Part shown: positions 26,270 to 40,427 of the stretch, one piece after another
How positions within the stretch are numbered: the stretch's first letter is position 1
Layout: the number at the start of each line of letters is the position of its first letter
From: Phoronis australis
Taxonomy: Eukaryota > Animalia > Phoronida
Direction: 5' to 3'
Assembly (NCBI GenBank): GCA_002633005.1
Contig: NMRA01000317.1
Span: forward strand, 299,366-363,365
Length of the DNA stretch: 64,000 nucleotides
Program-made: the position numbers and the translations under genes
Notes under the pieces: generated by a model
The model's database searches: none
Seen by the model: only the letters and a program-made list of their open reading frames with translations
Told to the model about the DNA's origin: nothing

Positions 26270-26432
26270 GGAAGAACAGCAATTTGTTGATCGCATGATT
26301 CTGCAGAACAGTCGGAATCGGAAATATTATGAAGAAATCCTGTGTTCTGTAAACAATGAGTTCACTGTGTCGTGCCGTAGAGAGGAAAGCGACGTGTTTG
26401 TACCATTCTCTCTCATTAAAAACTATTTTGAG
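26270..26432 (+). CDS. GLCE: D-glucuronyl C5-epimerase, coding exon 2
   Basis: Acceptor tttcag; encodes ...YEEILCSVNNEFTVSCRREESDVFVPFSLIKNYFE (compare vertebrate YEEIDCLIN...RREGNEVFLPF..VEKYF); donor GTTAGT. Confidence 0.92.
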
Positions 26433-28295
26433 GTTAGTTAATATGTACTATTAAAATTTGTTTTGTTTTTTATTAATATGTTCTATAAATCGTCATGGCA
26501 AATTGATAAGACCTTGCAAATTGCAAAAAAATTTACGTATTTTGGACAAAACGAATGCCAAAATTGCTCGTTTTTCATTTTCAAGGTCCTCTTGCGTTGT
26601 TGAAATGCCCACATTTTTTTCAAAATATTGCCTGATGGTGGCTATGGGGCAGAACTGGATCATGGAAAGCATTAATTTGGTGCTACATATCTTTTACTAT
26701 AAAAGGAGAACGTAAAATTTCACCTGTCTGCCCTGTGGTGTCTTAAGTTGGTGATTTATACCTTACATGCAGTCTGATGGGTAAAATTTTGTGGATAGTT
26801 GATCCGTGACGCTCGAGTCAACAAGGTAACTACCGTACTCAAAAGTTTAAAAAATGCAATGCCGTGACAGTGGACTTGTATTAAGAGTGAATGACACAGA
26901 CTGAATATTAGTGTGAGACGTTTTGTACCGGGAGAATGTTTTAATATGACAGCTGCAAATCATAAAAATGTATTTTATGACTTGTCAAATGAATAAAAAG
27001 TTTGGTTATTGTTTCCTTTGAAGTTTAAAAAGCAAGCCACGCTTATACCCAACCGACTCATTTGACTGCATGTCTAGTTTGAGGAAATGAATTTATGCAG
27101 AACGTATTTTTTTCTAAATTTTTAGGTCATTTTGATAATAATTCAAGGGGTTTTTAATACGCATTCTGTCTAAGAAGGGAACTTGTGATTTAAACCATTT
27201 ACTGGTACAAAATTTGTGTCAATGTGTTCCTTACTAAGATAACAAGCGATTTCAGGGTTGGCAAACAGCTGCCAATTTGCTATTCCTTGAGACTGTGCTC
27301 AGAATATTAATGACACACTATGACACGCCACCTTGTGGAGATTGGTGTCAAACACTGACGAACTGTTGAATCCCTTAAGTCATCTCCAGTTTGATTAAGG
27401 AACAATTTGAGGTCAATTTCGTATCGGTAAATGGTCTAAATCAAATGTTGTTTTTGTGATAAAAGGTGGGTTTGTTTGTGCCAGTTTTGTTTGACTTGGC
27501 GCATATGTGATTTGCTGAAAGTGAATTATAATTTTTGGTGAAAAAACACTGCGAATGTAGATCGGATATTGTGGTAACATTTTTTACAATCTGGAACACA
27601 ATTTAGAAGAGATTGGAAGTGGAAGTTTGTATTGTCACTTTTCATAGTAAAAGTTTCTGAAACAGAATTACATGCCAACAAGAAGTTAACACCCATGAAC
27701 ACTTACTTCTCAAAAAATTCATTAAGCCCCCACTGCTCAGGCTATGGCTCACCTGTGACAGCATGCTCTAAAATGTTGAAAAAGCACGACATTTTGAGGA
27801 AGCAACATTATTGGAGTAAACTATGGACAATTTCAAAACTGGCAATTTTAGCAATTATTTTTGTCTGAAATTGGAGAATTCTCACCGCAAGTCAGGATAC
27901 ACAAATTTAAAGTTAAAGTTATAATTACGGCAAATGGTGTTCTAGGTAACACAACTACGATAACTGAGGGATATCCTGTTTCACACAATAGGAAGGTTCA
28001 AATGTTTTCATTTAATTTCACTATCTTCGCAAACAAGCGAGCCATGAAATAAGTCATGTCAACTCGCCTTGTTTTCTATGGCAATGATGTGGCGATTTAG
28101 TAAATCACTTCTTTCTTTTGTATCTTACTTTGAATTTGGTGTTTGGTTCTCCTTTGTACTACTCAATATAACTTTAAGAAAGTTCAAAATATATACATGT
28201 CATCAATGTGTGAGATATTACGGTACTACCCAATACCTTATATAAAATATTGTCCAGACTAGGTGTAACGCAAGTGACTTTGTCTTCTCTGCTAG

Positions 28296-28467
28296 ATATA
28301 TGGCCAGTTCAGTCAAGGCACAGATGGAGACAAGTTTGATTGGCACCACAGTAACTCGAAGTTCTATGGTCCCTTGGCCAAATACTCCCCCTATGGAGTG
28401 TTTCTCAACTTTGATCACTACACTGTAGAGATGCGAGATAAAGTAAAGTGTATAGACGCGTTAAATG
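28296..28467 (+). CDS. GLCE: D-glucuronyl C5-epimerase, coding exon 3
   Basis: Acceptor gctag; encodes IYGQFSQGTDGDKFDWHHSNSK...YGVFLNFDHYTVEMRDKVKCIDALNG (compare [20 protein letters not shown]); donor GTAATT, phase 1. Confidence 0.93.
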
Positions 28468-29529
28468 GTAATTGTTGTGCTGGTTGTGAAGTATACTTAT
28501 TGTTATCAACAGGTGGCAGTAACTGAGAATTGTGTAATGTACTTTTCAAGTCTTTGGATTTTGGTTGATGAGCTTTTTTGTTTCTCAAGAATGAATGGCC
28601 GGGACGTAATATTTGTGTGGTAACTTCAAAGCTGAAACATTAATATAATTCTCCACTAGGTGGTGATAAACCCACCTTCCGTCACACAAACCAGATTTTG
28701 ATTTAGAACACTTACTGTTATGAAATCGGCTGCAAAAACTGTCCTTTAATCAAATTAGGATGATTTCAGGGCTACAAAAAGCTGGTGTGGCATTAAGTGG
28801 TTTAAAACGAATCTTTGTTTCTTTAACGGAACATGGGTTCATAGCTGCTTTAAAAATTTGAGCGACTTTTAAAAATGTTGACATAACAATTTTAATTTCT
28901 AGTGATGAGACATTCAGGGCATTCAGATAGATTTAAAAAACTACTAAGAGCCCAGTGCACACATGAAATATTAAGAGATGCAATCTGTTGGTGACTTGGA
29001 TAATTCCTGTGGGAAATCAAGTGTTTTTTAAATGCAACAGTCACACAGACAAAAACAGTAGATAATAGGTAGTTGTGAATATTAAGTGGTAATGAAAAAT
29101 AATGGAAATAGATGTTGGCTGCGTGAAAATTTAAATCTTCAAAAGCCAGATGAAAACGTGACTAGTTGTATGTGCGAATCACAACATAAAGCGCATGAGC
29201 AAAAAGTGAAGCATGTCCAAGGCACTCATTCACGTGGCCATTAACCATCGTGGTTTGTGCGGATGATTGTCTAGTACCCTTGAGACAGGCTACACAGTAT
29301 AATGGCACCAATTTCGAAGGTCACATATTTTCAAAGGCTTCTTATATTGTTATGATTGACTAGTAGTTTCTCAAAACTTTATTGGTAGCCATGGAACTTG
29401 AAAGCGAATAATTTATTTGGTGCTTCTTCCAATGAAAAACACGAATCAATGAAATTTCACTTGTCTGTTATACTGTACGTTACATTGGTGAGATTCTATG
29501 GGTATGTGATTTTGTTTTCTCACCACTAG

Positions 29530-29760
29530 GTGTGCCACTGTCCACCCAGTGGAGTAATGCAGGGTACTACTATGCAACACAGATTGCGCAGTTCGGCTTG
29601 AGCCACTATAGCAAGTTTGTGACGTCAGGACACTGCAACAGGTCGGTCGTTGTGGATGGAGAGTCATTTGACCAGAGCAAGTGGACACTGCCCCGAGCAC
29701 CATCCAGTATACAGTCTGTGATGGATGGCAACAGAAAAGTTATTCACTTTTTTGCTCCAA
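29530..29760 (+). CDS. GLCE: D-glucuronyl C5-epimerase, coding exon 4
   Basis: Hallmark GVPLSTQWSNAGYYYATQIAQFGLSHYSK; acceptor cactag, donor GTATGT at 29761, phase 1. Confidence 0.95.
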
Positions 29761-30038
29761 GTATGTCATTTTTTTCACTTTTCAGAGTTGATTACAGTGC
29801 TGAAAATGGTCAGAATTCCACCGAGCTTTACTTCATTATGGTCCTCAGAACAAGCTATACCAAGAGTGCTGAAAATGTTCCTAATTATTTATTTTGTAAA
29901 CTTATGGACCCCATTAAATGTGTTGTTTTCTGGCATTTATCTTTATGAATCATGGTTTTGGTGCTCTGCTTGTTTATGCACCTTTAGATTTCACTAAAAA
30001 GACCATACATGTTATTGTGTTCTTCTGTTGCTTTTCAG

Positions 30039-31081
30039 AGAGTTTTAAACTGAAAGGTATTCAGCTGGAGATTCCCCCCGATTTTCCAAGAAACATGCTC
30101 GTCTTTACCATTAAGTCACACGTTAATGCAAGTCTGACTGTAGTGTTTGAATCAAAGGAAGGGACATCATACCACGTGCATTATATCCCTGGTAAAACCG
30201 TGATGTCTAGAAGAAGGAATCACATATTTTACGGCCTCGGTGACACGTCATCGTGGCGAACAGTGACGCGGGACGTTTACACAGACCTGCAGAAAGGCCT
30301 GGCACTGAGGGGCTCGAAAAATATGAGGAGCATCCTGTTTGTTAGAAACCTAATCAGCAGTTTAGCTCGGATTGAGTTACATGGTCGAGGGTCTGTTGAT
30401 AATATTACCATGTCCAGGAGTGAACATCTTCTGCAGTTTTTCGACTCGGCCAATTGGCTGGTTGCTAACCAGGACAAAAATGGTGGTTGGCCGATTAATG
30501 TGATAAAAAAAGCTAGAGGAGGCCCCACCTCCAGCTCTGTTCTCCAGCCGGGCTGGTACTCGGCTATGGCCCAGGGGCATGCCATATCTGTACTGGTTCG
30601 GGCTTACCACAATACGAACAGCTCAAAGTATTTAGATGCTGCCAAAGGTGCTACAAAACTTTTCTCCATTCCAAGTGACAAAGGTGGGGTACTCGCAAAG
30701 TTCATGCAGCAATACGACTGGTACGAGGAGTATCCCACAATTCCCAGTTCTTTTGTACTTAATGGTTTCATTTATGCACTGTTTGGCTTATACGACCTGA
30801 TGGTTACAGAGCCGAATTTTGAAGTGGCCCGAGAATTATACTCAAGAGGCTTAAAGTCTCTAAAAGCTATGTTACTGCTGTTTGACACGGGTTCAGGGAC
30901 AGTATATGACTTACGACATCAACAGTTGAACAAGGCCCCAAACCTTGCGAGGTGGGACTACCACACCACTCATGTTAGTCAACTGTTGTTCCTGGCGACT
31001 ATCGACAGCGACCCCTTGTGGAACACAACTGCACAAAGGTGGATTGGCTATCTCAGTGGACACAGGGCAGCTCATAATTAG
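30039..31081 (+). CDS. GLCE: D-glucuronyl C5-epimerase, final coding exon (beta-sandwich and catalytic C5-epim_C domain)
   Basis: Acceptor ttttcag; motifs GWYSAMAQG, WYEEYPT.PSSFVLNGFIY.LFGLYDL, YDLRH, PNLARWDYHTTH and GHRAAHN-stop. The spliced CDS is 1731 nt (576 aa) with all phases consistent. Confidence 0.97.
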
Positions 31082-33109
31082 CCGTCTTTCATCAAAGATT
31101 TTATTGTTTTTATATGATTAACATGTTGACGTCACAGTCAATGGAGATATACATCAGACAGTCGTGACTGACCATTTGGGTATGGAAACTTGTATTAGAT
31201 GTCACGCACAGACATCCTTGAAAGCTGTAAAGTGACAAGGGAATCACTTTTAGGCTTTCTAATTTTATAAGATTAAAGTATGAACTGAGTGGTGGCCATA
31301 GCTGCTTCAGCACCTAGATTCACCACTATAAATTTGATTAATCCTACTCTTACTGCATGCATTTGAGTTAATGCCCAAGGCACTCATGTTGCGTCTCAAA
31401 GTCGATAGCAATCGTTAATATTAGATCGTCTCCAATTGGCTCGTTAACTTAATGTAAATATATTAACTGATTTGTATTTTAAAATATTCATCGTGACCGT
31501 AAATGGCCCTCTTTCAGTTACAATAAGTAGAATCACGCAGTTGTGCGTTGATGAGCTTGAACCTGGTCCTGCAATATCTTCATCGATATTTTCTTCAATG
31601 AATGATTCTGCAATGCATCCTACTTTTTAATGCAAAATAATGGAGTATAGTTAAATTAATTAGATGTGGTATTTTTATACAAAAATATTCTATACACTAC
31701 ACAGCTGCCGATAGTTATTATCTTCCCATACATACTTTTAGAGCTTAAAAAATCTAATTGTGCAGGATTTAGAATGTTACAGGCTTTTTGAGTGTTTATT
31801 TCTCTTTAAAAATCTGTAGAAAGTGAAAAATGTTTTTGAAAATTATCTGCTCTTTGGAATTGTGATCAGCCAAGTTCGTTGTAGAAAAATCCAAGGAATG
31901 AGGTAAATAGACGAGACCGATATGCTATGCAGCTTTTTATTTTGCTCATAATTGTTGTTGCAAGGTCTTCAGTACCAATATGTCATTGTATAACGCAATA
32001 TAATCTGCATGACATGCTTTCCCTTATGTGATTTGCCAACTGAAGTAATTCTGTGTCTTGATAAATGAAAAACACTCTTACCTGGGAGGGATATCATCTG
32101 CTTTGTGGAAATCTTTTCAAGATGTCAACATATTAATGCAATTTCGGAAACAGAAGAATTTGATTACGTTTTTAGTGAACGGGAAAAAGGATTCACTACA
32201 ATTTTTTGTATCAATTTCAGCACTAGTCACTACACTGACAACATCGGCGTGGATTAAAAGTCAACGGAATATTGATTCAAGACTTGCTGAACACAGTCTG
32301 TTGAGAAATAAACCAGTGTCTTCTGTCTGTTCTAGACAAAGTCTAACCATGTGGGCAGCAAAGCAGCCCACTGTACTGCAGCTTAGACTGAAAAAGTTTG
32401 GCATGTAAACTAATGTGTACATTATTGAATGATGCCAACTTGAAATGGAAAGACAGATTATGAAAATATTTTGCCCGTGCTTGGCAATAGTTAGTCACGG
32501 GCTTCTACTTGTTCACAAAATTGGAGAAAATCTAAAATAATGAAGTCACTTGTTTCAGTAGAATATTTCCACGGAAAAGGTTTGTGTTAAGATTGGGGTC
32601 TACAGTTGCAGGACAGGGCACTCCACCCGAACAGCTGGTTGATTTAATGATCTAGTAGTGATTAAGTTGATATTAAACTGCAACTTTATTTTAGTTGGTA
32701 TTTGACAACGTTGCTGTGCAGTGAACTATTTTTATGAGGCCAAGTGAAAATAATTAAGCAGAAACACTAGGCTATAAAATGGATATAACGCCTATTAAAG
32801 ATTTCCTTAATTTCCTTCATGCGTATTCCGTTTTCTCAAGTTTAGCATTAGTATTATGTAATTTTGACCATCTGATGAATGTTACGGCTCTTGCCATAGC
32901 ATAATTTGTGGTATTGTATCATCCGAGCTACCTGCCCATGAATAAAAGGCATGCATTGTTCTGCGATACTGTTAATGAACCTATGACGACAAATTTTAAA
33001 AACTGAGAATGCGTAACAGTAAAGCGACTATAAACTTTCCACAGGAGAACTGATCTCAACTTGTTCCCAGCTCCCATGAGAAGTGATTTCTGGGCTTCAA
33101 AAATTTTTT

Positions 33110-33296
33110 TACTGTTTATATAAATGTAAATCTAGATAACTGTTTATATGTATGAAAATATGTAAATCTAGATAACTGTTTATATATATGTAAATCTAGA
33201 TAACTGTTTATATACCGGTATATGTAAATATGTGAATCTAGATAACTGGTTATATATATGTAAATCTAGATAACTGGTTAGATATATGTCAATCTG
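33110..33296. repeat. ~27-40-bp minisatellite (TGTAAATCTAGATAACTGTTTATATA)
   Basis: Five to six tandem copies of the AATCTAGATAACTG core with variable TA spacers. Confidence 0.9.
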
Positions 33297-35167
33297 GAAC
33301 CAGTGTGGAGATATAGGTCACAAACATTTTGAGTCTGGTCTGCACGCTGATGCAATTACTGCCCGAAAATCTAAATCATTATATGCAGGCAGAAAAAAGT
33401 TGACAGTTCGTTATTGCTAGAGATCATACTGGGTGCATTTAATGACATCCCACGACAAGCCCACTCCACCAACTATGACCTGTCAGTTCTTAACCCAAGA
33501 AATCACTACGGAACAGTTTGAGATCAGTTTCATAACATTAAGCAGTTGAAATCAAAAGTAAGTTTTTCTGACACGAGATGGGTTTATAGCCCATTTTAGT
33601 CTAAAGATAATATATTTATTTGCTTGTTATGAACGTCTCATGGCGTTATTACTTGAATAAAACAAACAAAAATTCCATTGTATTTTAATAGTTTTATTTA
33701 TGCATCAATAACCATGGAGAACAATGAATAACAAATGTCATAATTCAACAAGTTTCATCTTCAAAATATAGATTAGTCAACCAGTTACAATACAAACCAA
33801 GATCACATTCATTGAGACCAACGGTGAACATGTAAACATACATACAAACCAAGGACATCTTATTACTCCCAGATAAAAACAAATGAAACCACACATAAGT
33901 TATCACAAGATTGCACTGATTATGGTAAACAATCTTCAATTTTGAGGCAAAAATTCTCGATAAATTGCCATTTTTCATCACTTTATTACTGCTAATGGCT
34001 CAACAAATTTTTTCACTTGAGTATTTTCACTTTCAATGCAAATCCTAGTTCTTATCCTTTGCTTGAATTGAAATTGCTTGCAGTAAAATGCCTGGAAATC
34101 CTCTGACTGACAATACTTCTTTGACCACTGAAACTAATCTGGTGTGACAAATTTCATGAGCCAATAATAAACTAACTGTTGTCAAGTCTAAAAATTATAT
34201 TTAATCTGAGTAAAGAATCAAAACAAGACCAATTTTATTATTATTATCATTAACTTTTTAGGCAAAAGGCAGGGGTCTATTGCTCCTGAAATCTACACCA
34301 TACAGCCATTTTTGTGGAAAATGTAGCTAAATGAAATACCAGCTGTCTGCAATATTGCTGAAGACTGTTTACCATAACTTAACTGCCAAGTATTCAAATG
34401 AACCAATCATACAGCACCTAGACAATTCCACCCCAGCACAACACTATAGTGGCAAACCAACGCTGAATGAACAAGACTTCTTACTATGTGCTTATCAATC
34501 ATGCTGAATACAACAGGTGTCTTTTGCAGAAGTAGAAAACATTTTATTTTTTACCTATAGTTGTTGAAATATATTTCGCAAGAATGGTCCAATCAACTTT
34601 TCAAATTTTTTCGCATTAGTATTGCAACTTACAAAGAGCAGTAATACAGTATCAGCATCGGAATTAGAAATGGCCGTTCACTTTATTCAAGCATTCTCCA
34701 TTTAAAAAGTGAGCCTCTTTTTAGGTTCTAAAAACGATGCATTCTGCGCTTAAACACAGCCAAAGCGTGATTCTTTCGTGTGCCTCGTTATATTTATGTC
34801 TCAAATGCATTGGTTTTAAACCTATACAGAGGCTCACAACTAAAAGGGCGACTGCGTGAATAAGGTCTATAGCGACTAACATGGCAGCAGTGTACAACTG
34901 TTGAAAAGCATCCTACAGCCACACAGCATTGTGGGTAAATACTGCAAAATCAGATAATGCACTATGGTCATTCAGTATGTGGTTATTCACAAGAGCTCAA
35001 ATTCAGAAACAATGCTCATATCCACAAAAAATACCAAAATTAAACTTTTCAGTGTCTATCCAATCAGCACACCCTACTAACACGAGTTCAAACATACCAT
35101 ACTAGTCTGAGTAAACACCCAGGCTGCTTAAATTGGGGAAAACAAAAAAAAAATCATGGGAGAGCAT

Positions 35168-35996
35168 TGTCACGGATTTCCGGATTTCCGTGATAATGTA
35201 TTGTTTTTGTTTTGACACTTCGCCCATCAGCTGATTCATACTGACCGGAACCAGGGCCCGGTCTCCAATCTCCATACTCAGACTCGAATCATGCTCAAAC
35301 TCACACTTCATACTCAACTCGAGTACAGACTCAGCTTTGGTGTATTCAATGTCATACTCGAAAAATCTGTACTCGAAATTTCGAGCACGTACTCAGTTTT
35401 CGAGNTTATTCAGCACAACGACACGACTTGTTATTTGGACAGGTTCACTGCTGAACTGTCTAGTTATCACCACTTTGTATCTACCGACACTGCGAGGCAA
35501 CTCACACGGCGAACCCCTATACTACATAGCCAGAATTTCCCCACATTTTCTGGTGCCGTGGCCAACAGAGGAGAAGTACCGAGAACCCACCAGCTTGACT
35601 CAACCAGCCTGCTGCCAGCCCAGCCATGACACAACGCCAACTGCAAACTACTACAGTCTCAAAGACGATTACGACGACCATTAACTACAACGAAGCATGG
35701 ATCTCGCCCAGAAACGCCAACAACAAACCAGAAAGCACATAGAACGCTACATTGATGAAGTCACCGACATGATGCAATCGCTCCAAGCCAAGGAACTAAA
35801 AACGCTAGACAACCGTCTAGGCGTCATCGCACAACAACGAAAGCTATATGAAGATTACCAGAAAGAACTTTTAGGACTCATGCCAGACGACGCCGAAAAA
35901 CTCAATTACCTGGGGGACACCGACGACTTCCTCATGGAAACATACTGCCTGTTCAGCGATCTCCAGAATCAACGAGATGACATGTTTGAGCATTAA
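35168..35996 (+). mobile_element. Truncated BEL/Pao-type LTR retrotransposon 5' end (LTR, PBS and gag N-terminus)
   Basis: TGT...ACA segment 35168-35545, followed by TGGTGCCGTG (complementary to the tRNA-His 3' end) at 35551, then the helical ORF 35697-35996 resembling the BEL gag N-terminus. No pol follows. Confidence 0.7.
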
Positions 35997-37744
35997 GCTC
36001 AAAACAAAAGAACGTGGTTATTCAAAAGAGAAATTCTAGTCAACAGAGGGCGCAGAACAAAACATGAACGCTAACCTGGACAGTTGCAGTAATGAGGCTT
36101 AGTCATGTGGCTGAAGCTGGCGTTTTGGATGTACGGTTCCCCGTTAGTTAGAGTGCAGATTATAGATGGCTCTAGCTTTGGTTTGATCTTGTTTTGCCAC
36201 TAGGGTCGTTGTTTCATTGAGTTTTGAAACTTTCGGCTGACAAGACGTCTGCTTCTTTGAATGTCGCTAGAACCCGAAATAGTGGTATGTATTAAGGCTT
36301 ACCGGTATTATGTTAGTTGAAACATTCTTGCGTGCCTTACGTCCACGGTTGACCTACTTTTATGCTTTGACTTTGTCACGTAGGCCATGAGCACGCTATC
36401 TGTTGTAGGCTGTACGAATTCTTTAGCTGCCTTAAACTTTGTAGTCTATTTGAATTTCTCTGTTATTTGTATCATTTGGTTACCTCATCCAGAGAAGCAG
36501 GCCGAAATGTCTGCCTCCAACAAAAACTAGTCTCTCAGTGAGTGATTTACTAACTTTAACGTTATTCAGTCTCGGAAACACGCTTCTCGGCACTTTTAAA
36601 TGTTTTGACTGAGTTGATTTAAAAGGGCACATTGGCAATAGTAGCAACTGCGCCAAACTGATGCTGAATGGCTATCAACGATTGCTAGAAATAGAATTAT
36701 CTGTTTTTAGTTATATCTTTGCCTACATAAATGTAATTCAGTCTCTAAAACGTGTTTCTCGGCAGTTTTAAACATTTCGACCAATGGCGCACGTGTGATA
36801 TCAAATGTATCAAACTGATGCGGAACGCCTCTCAAGCTTGTTAATCGGGGAAAACAATCCCAAGAATTAAGTTATTTTTTACCGTGATTGACGTTATTCA
36901 ACCTCCTTCACATCCCGCCTGTTGTAGATGCTTAGATCATGTGGATTTAAAGTTTGATACATTATTCAGCCACAACATATTTACTTCCACAGGTTGCACC
37001 ATATCCCTGAATGGTACAGCAGGAAGTGTCTTATTTGAACAGGAAAAATGTGAATCATAAGTCTAGTCCATATTCATGATACAGCCATCAATGAATAACA
37101 ATATTCATTGGCCATCTACGGTATTAGACTTACAGTTCAAATCATGTGACAAAACCAAATTCAAGGTTTTAAGCAGTGGACAAAAGGATCACTATTAAAC
37201 TTAGTCAGGCAGGAAAATCTGTGATGGTTACTAAAGTTTCCAAACATTGCAGCTGACACACTGGCTGAAACATTTCAGCCCAGAGCATATGAGAAATCTG
37301 ATATCATACTCGTATCGTCCACAACACTCAAAAATGTTGAAAATAAGATAATGTTCATTTTTGACTGAGCATTGTGATTCTTCTGTTTCAGATTATTGAT
37401 GCCTTCCTTCACGTAATAATGTCAGAAAATAACAAAGCTGAACGGAATCACTTGTATGTGATGTCACCTTTTGTAGCTGAGAAGTGGAAGTTACTAGTAG
37501 GCGACTTCAAAACATGGCAATTTAAAAAGGTAATTACAATTAGATTTCTCCAATGTGGCAAAGTGAAAATTTAATTATACTGCTGAAAGTCAGAACATGT
37601 CTAAAATTCTGGAAAGAAACAACGTTGGCCATCCAAAATTCAAGAATTTCCAGTAAGACAGCAAAATTAGTATTGGTACGTCCCCTATCACATCTGCGTG
37701 TACAGCATTGTCCACAAAATATTCTTTACCTGTTTATCACACTA

Positions 37745-38120
37745 CAAAAATGGCAAGTGATTTTAATGATGGAATGAACTTCTTTTTTATGAAGACAAAA
37801 ATTCAGTAGTCATTTAAATTTTTTAGACTATTCATGCCCACCATCTTAGTAAGAGTTGGGGAATAAGATTTGCTGACAACGCCTAAATATACATATACAG
37901 TTTTAGGTGATCATACTCTGCTTTCTAACTCAAACTTCCGTTTCTTCCATGTGGTATATTACTGGAAATTCAGTCCCAAGAATAAAATATCTCCATGATG
38001 GGATACACAGCCAAAGAAAGATATACAAAATGATGTTTTCTGCAAATTCATAATGGTTGTAATCTGTCATCTCAACTTTCCAATATTGGTGTGTCTTAAC
38101 GACGCTGTATCTGATGTTTG
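37745..38120. repeat. ~370-bp local repeat, further copies at ~52100-52350 (partial) and ~54530-54890
   Basis: Shared blocks AAAATGGCAAGTGATTTTAATGATGGAATG, TATTACTGGAAATTCAGTCCCA and CACAGCCAAAGAAA.ATATACAAAATG. Confidence 0.9.
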
Positions 38121-38147
38121 TGTCTACACGTGGGTACCATTTTTGAA

Positions 38148-39019
38148 ATGTCTCTTGCTGAAATAGTCGAGTTCACGTGTGACGAAGATGCAGCGCTTCA
38201 GTTTCTGAGGACTCACAACGCCATCAGACGCCAGCCACCCCAGTGTGGGGTGTGCCCTCGTTTGATGACCGAGGTGCGTGGTGGCTCAGGAGGAGGTGGG
38301 AAGATCTGGCGCTGCCCGAGGCACAAGGCTCAGAAGATGTCACTGCGAGGCGACTCCTTCTGGTCCAAGTCCAGGTTGACACTGCAGCTATTGATACAGC
38401 TTGTCTGGGCTTGGGCATTCAAGCAACCAATAGCACTTGCCGTGGAGATGCTGGGAATAGATCGGACAGTGGTAATGACTTGGCACGGCTACCTCCGAGA
38501 CGCATGCTCCACCCAACTCGTGAACAACCCCATACGGATTGGCGGCCCCGGAGTCATCGTGAAGAATTGACGAGTCGTTGATGGCCAGAAGAAAGAACAA
38601 CATGGGCCATGTGGTTCAGCGACGATGTGTGTTTGGAGGATACTGCCCCGCACAGAACGTTGGATTTCTGCAGTTTGTGCCGAACAGGAACGCCAGTACA
38701 CTTCTCCCCATCTTACAACAGTTTATCTTGCTCGGCTCCGCCATCCACAGCGACATGTGGGCTGCCTGCAACGGTATCGCCACCGTTGTGCCGCCGTACA
38801 ACCACCAGACGGTCAACCACCACACACCAAACATGTCGAGTGTTACTGGAAGAACGCGAAGACGAGGTCAAGTTCAAGAGCATATGTGGTGTCCTCCCCG
38901 ACATGTTGGATGCGCATCTAGACGAGTTCATGTGGTGAGAACGTTACGCCGGCAACAGCGGTTGACAGGCGTTTTTCACGATAGTCGACCACATAGCACT
39001 GTGGTACCCCACTCCTTGA
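38148..39019 (+). pseudogene. Merlin (IS1595/IS1016-like) DDE transposase, frameshifted
   Basis: Zn ribbon CGVC...WRCPRH, SLRGDSFW, IGGPGVIV-(E)IDES across a frameshift, RRKNNMG...VFGG, IHSDMW, HQTVNH and HLDEFMW. Confidence 0.88.
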
Positions 39020-40371
39020 GTACCAAAAACCCAACGGCCCTTTTAAGGGCCACTCACTACTTCCCAATTGGGCTGTTTCACTTTTTTACAACCTACAAGG
39101 TACATTCATTTTGTCGACAACTCAACGGCGATCACCGACAGGAATGATGTGAATTATGATAAGCTGTTCAAAATACGGCCAGTGCTGGACGAAATCGTGA
39201 GCCGTTGCAGGTCTGTGTACAACCCAGAACGGGAAATAGCCATCAATGAGTCGATGATAGTGTGCAAATCCAGGTTTGGTTTCAAACAACTTATGCGCGA
39301 TAAACCTATTCGTTGGGGTATAAAGGTTTTTATGTTGTGCGAGTCCACATCAGGATTTATTCTGAACTTCCATGTCTATACACGGAAGGAGCGCGACGCG
39401 ACAAACAATGGTGCTACTCATGACGTAATAATGTGTGTTTGCGACCCATGGCGTGGTGTGGTATCTTAAAATATTTTGGTATCTGTTGGATGTGGAAAGA
39501 GTGAATTCAATGTTGCTGCATGAGAAAATCACTGGCAAGCACATGAAAATGAAAGATTTCAGTTTGACACTGGCTGAAGAGTTGATTGGTGTTGTTTCGT
39601 CACAACATCCAGGAAGGCCTGCTTCGCTTACGGAATGTATATGTACAAATCGCGCTCTGAAACATGCTCCGAGCCTTGTGCCTGACAGAAAACGGTCAGC
39701 CTGTGTCGTACACCAGCAGCGTGTGGATACTCCGTATGTGTGTGCAGTTTGTAATGTTCGGTTGTGTCCCGCGCCATGTTTCTACCGATATCACTATATG
39801 CGAGACTATCTGTATAATGATCCAAATCATTCGGATACTCCAAAATACAGGAAAAAGAACAAAAATTGACTGGTTGTGAAAGTAAACAAAGACTGATAAA
39901 AATTGTGTTATCTGAACTGTAATGGATCTCCATATCTGTGTTTGACAGTTACTTGTGAGTATAAATGTTTACAATTTGGAATCAAGGTAAGCTTTCATTG
40001 TGTCATGTAGTTAAAAAAGTAATAAGTGCATTGACTTGAAAATTGGCACCTAGTTTAAGTATTGATATAATGTTGTGTACAAAAATTTCTTTGGATATGT
40101 CCACTGTTAACTTTATTTTTTGCTGTTTAAATGTGGACAAAAGAAAAAAAAACAAAGTCAAAAGTTTTGCCTTGTGTTTACAACCCTGTATTTTGAACAG
40201 ATGAGAATTATCAACTTTCTAAAAATGTATATATTGTATATGTTTACTTTACTAATAAACATGCTACAGCTATTCTGTTTACACCAGGTTGTTGCTTTCA
40301 TTGCTGCGATAAATTAATTCAGGCTGTGAGGGGGTTGTGACCTACTTTTAATGTAGGCTCTATAGGGTTAA
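39020..40371 (+). mobile_element. Internally deleted piggyBac (PGBD4-like) transposase and right end
   Basis: YIHFVDN...DKLFKIRPVLD...IAINESM (catalytic D to N)...KPIRWGIKVFMLCES; a deletion joins this to WYLKIFWYLLD and the Cys-rich C-terminus (CxxC...LC..PCF..YH); terminus AGGG|TTAA at 40364-40371. Confidence 0.88.
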
Positions 40372-40427
40372 TATTATTGAAGTAAAACATGATGCTTGAG
40401 TTGCTTAAAAGAGTGATTTCTTTTTCA

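Noticed and set aside
29918-30038. N-terminal extension of the 387-aa ORF, and the tail of ORF 29532-29948
   Set aside because: Intronic read-through; GLCE homology is bounded by canonical splice sites at 29760/29761 and 30038/30039.
30277-30610. Antisense ORFs within the last GLCE exon
   Set aside because: Shadow frames of the real coding strand.
36225-36545. Penelope-type hammerhead ribozyme motifs (GCCGAAA at ~36500 on +, ~36230 on -)
   Set aside because: The CUGAnGA core is not intact and stems could not be completed; at most decayed remnants.
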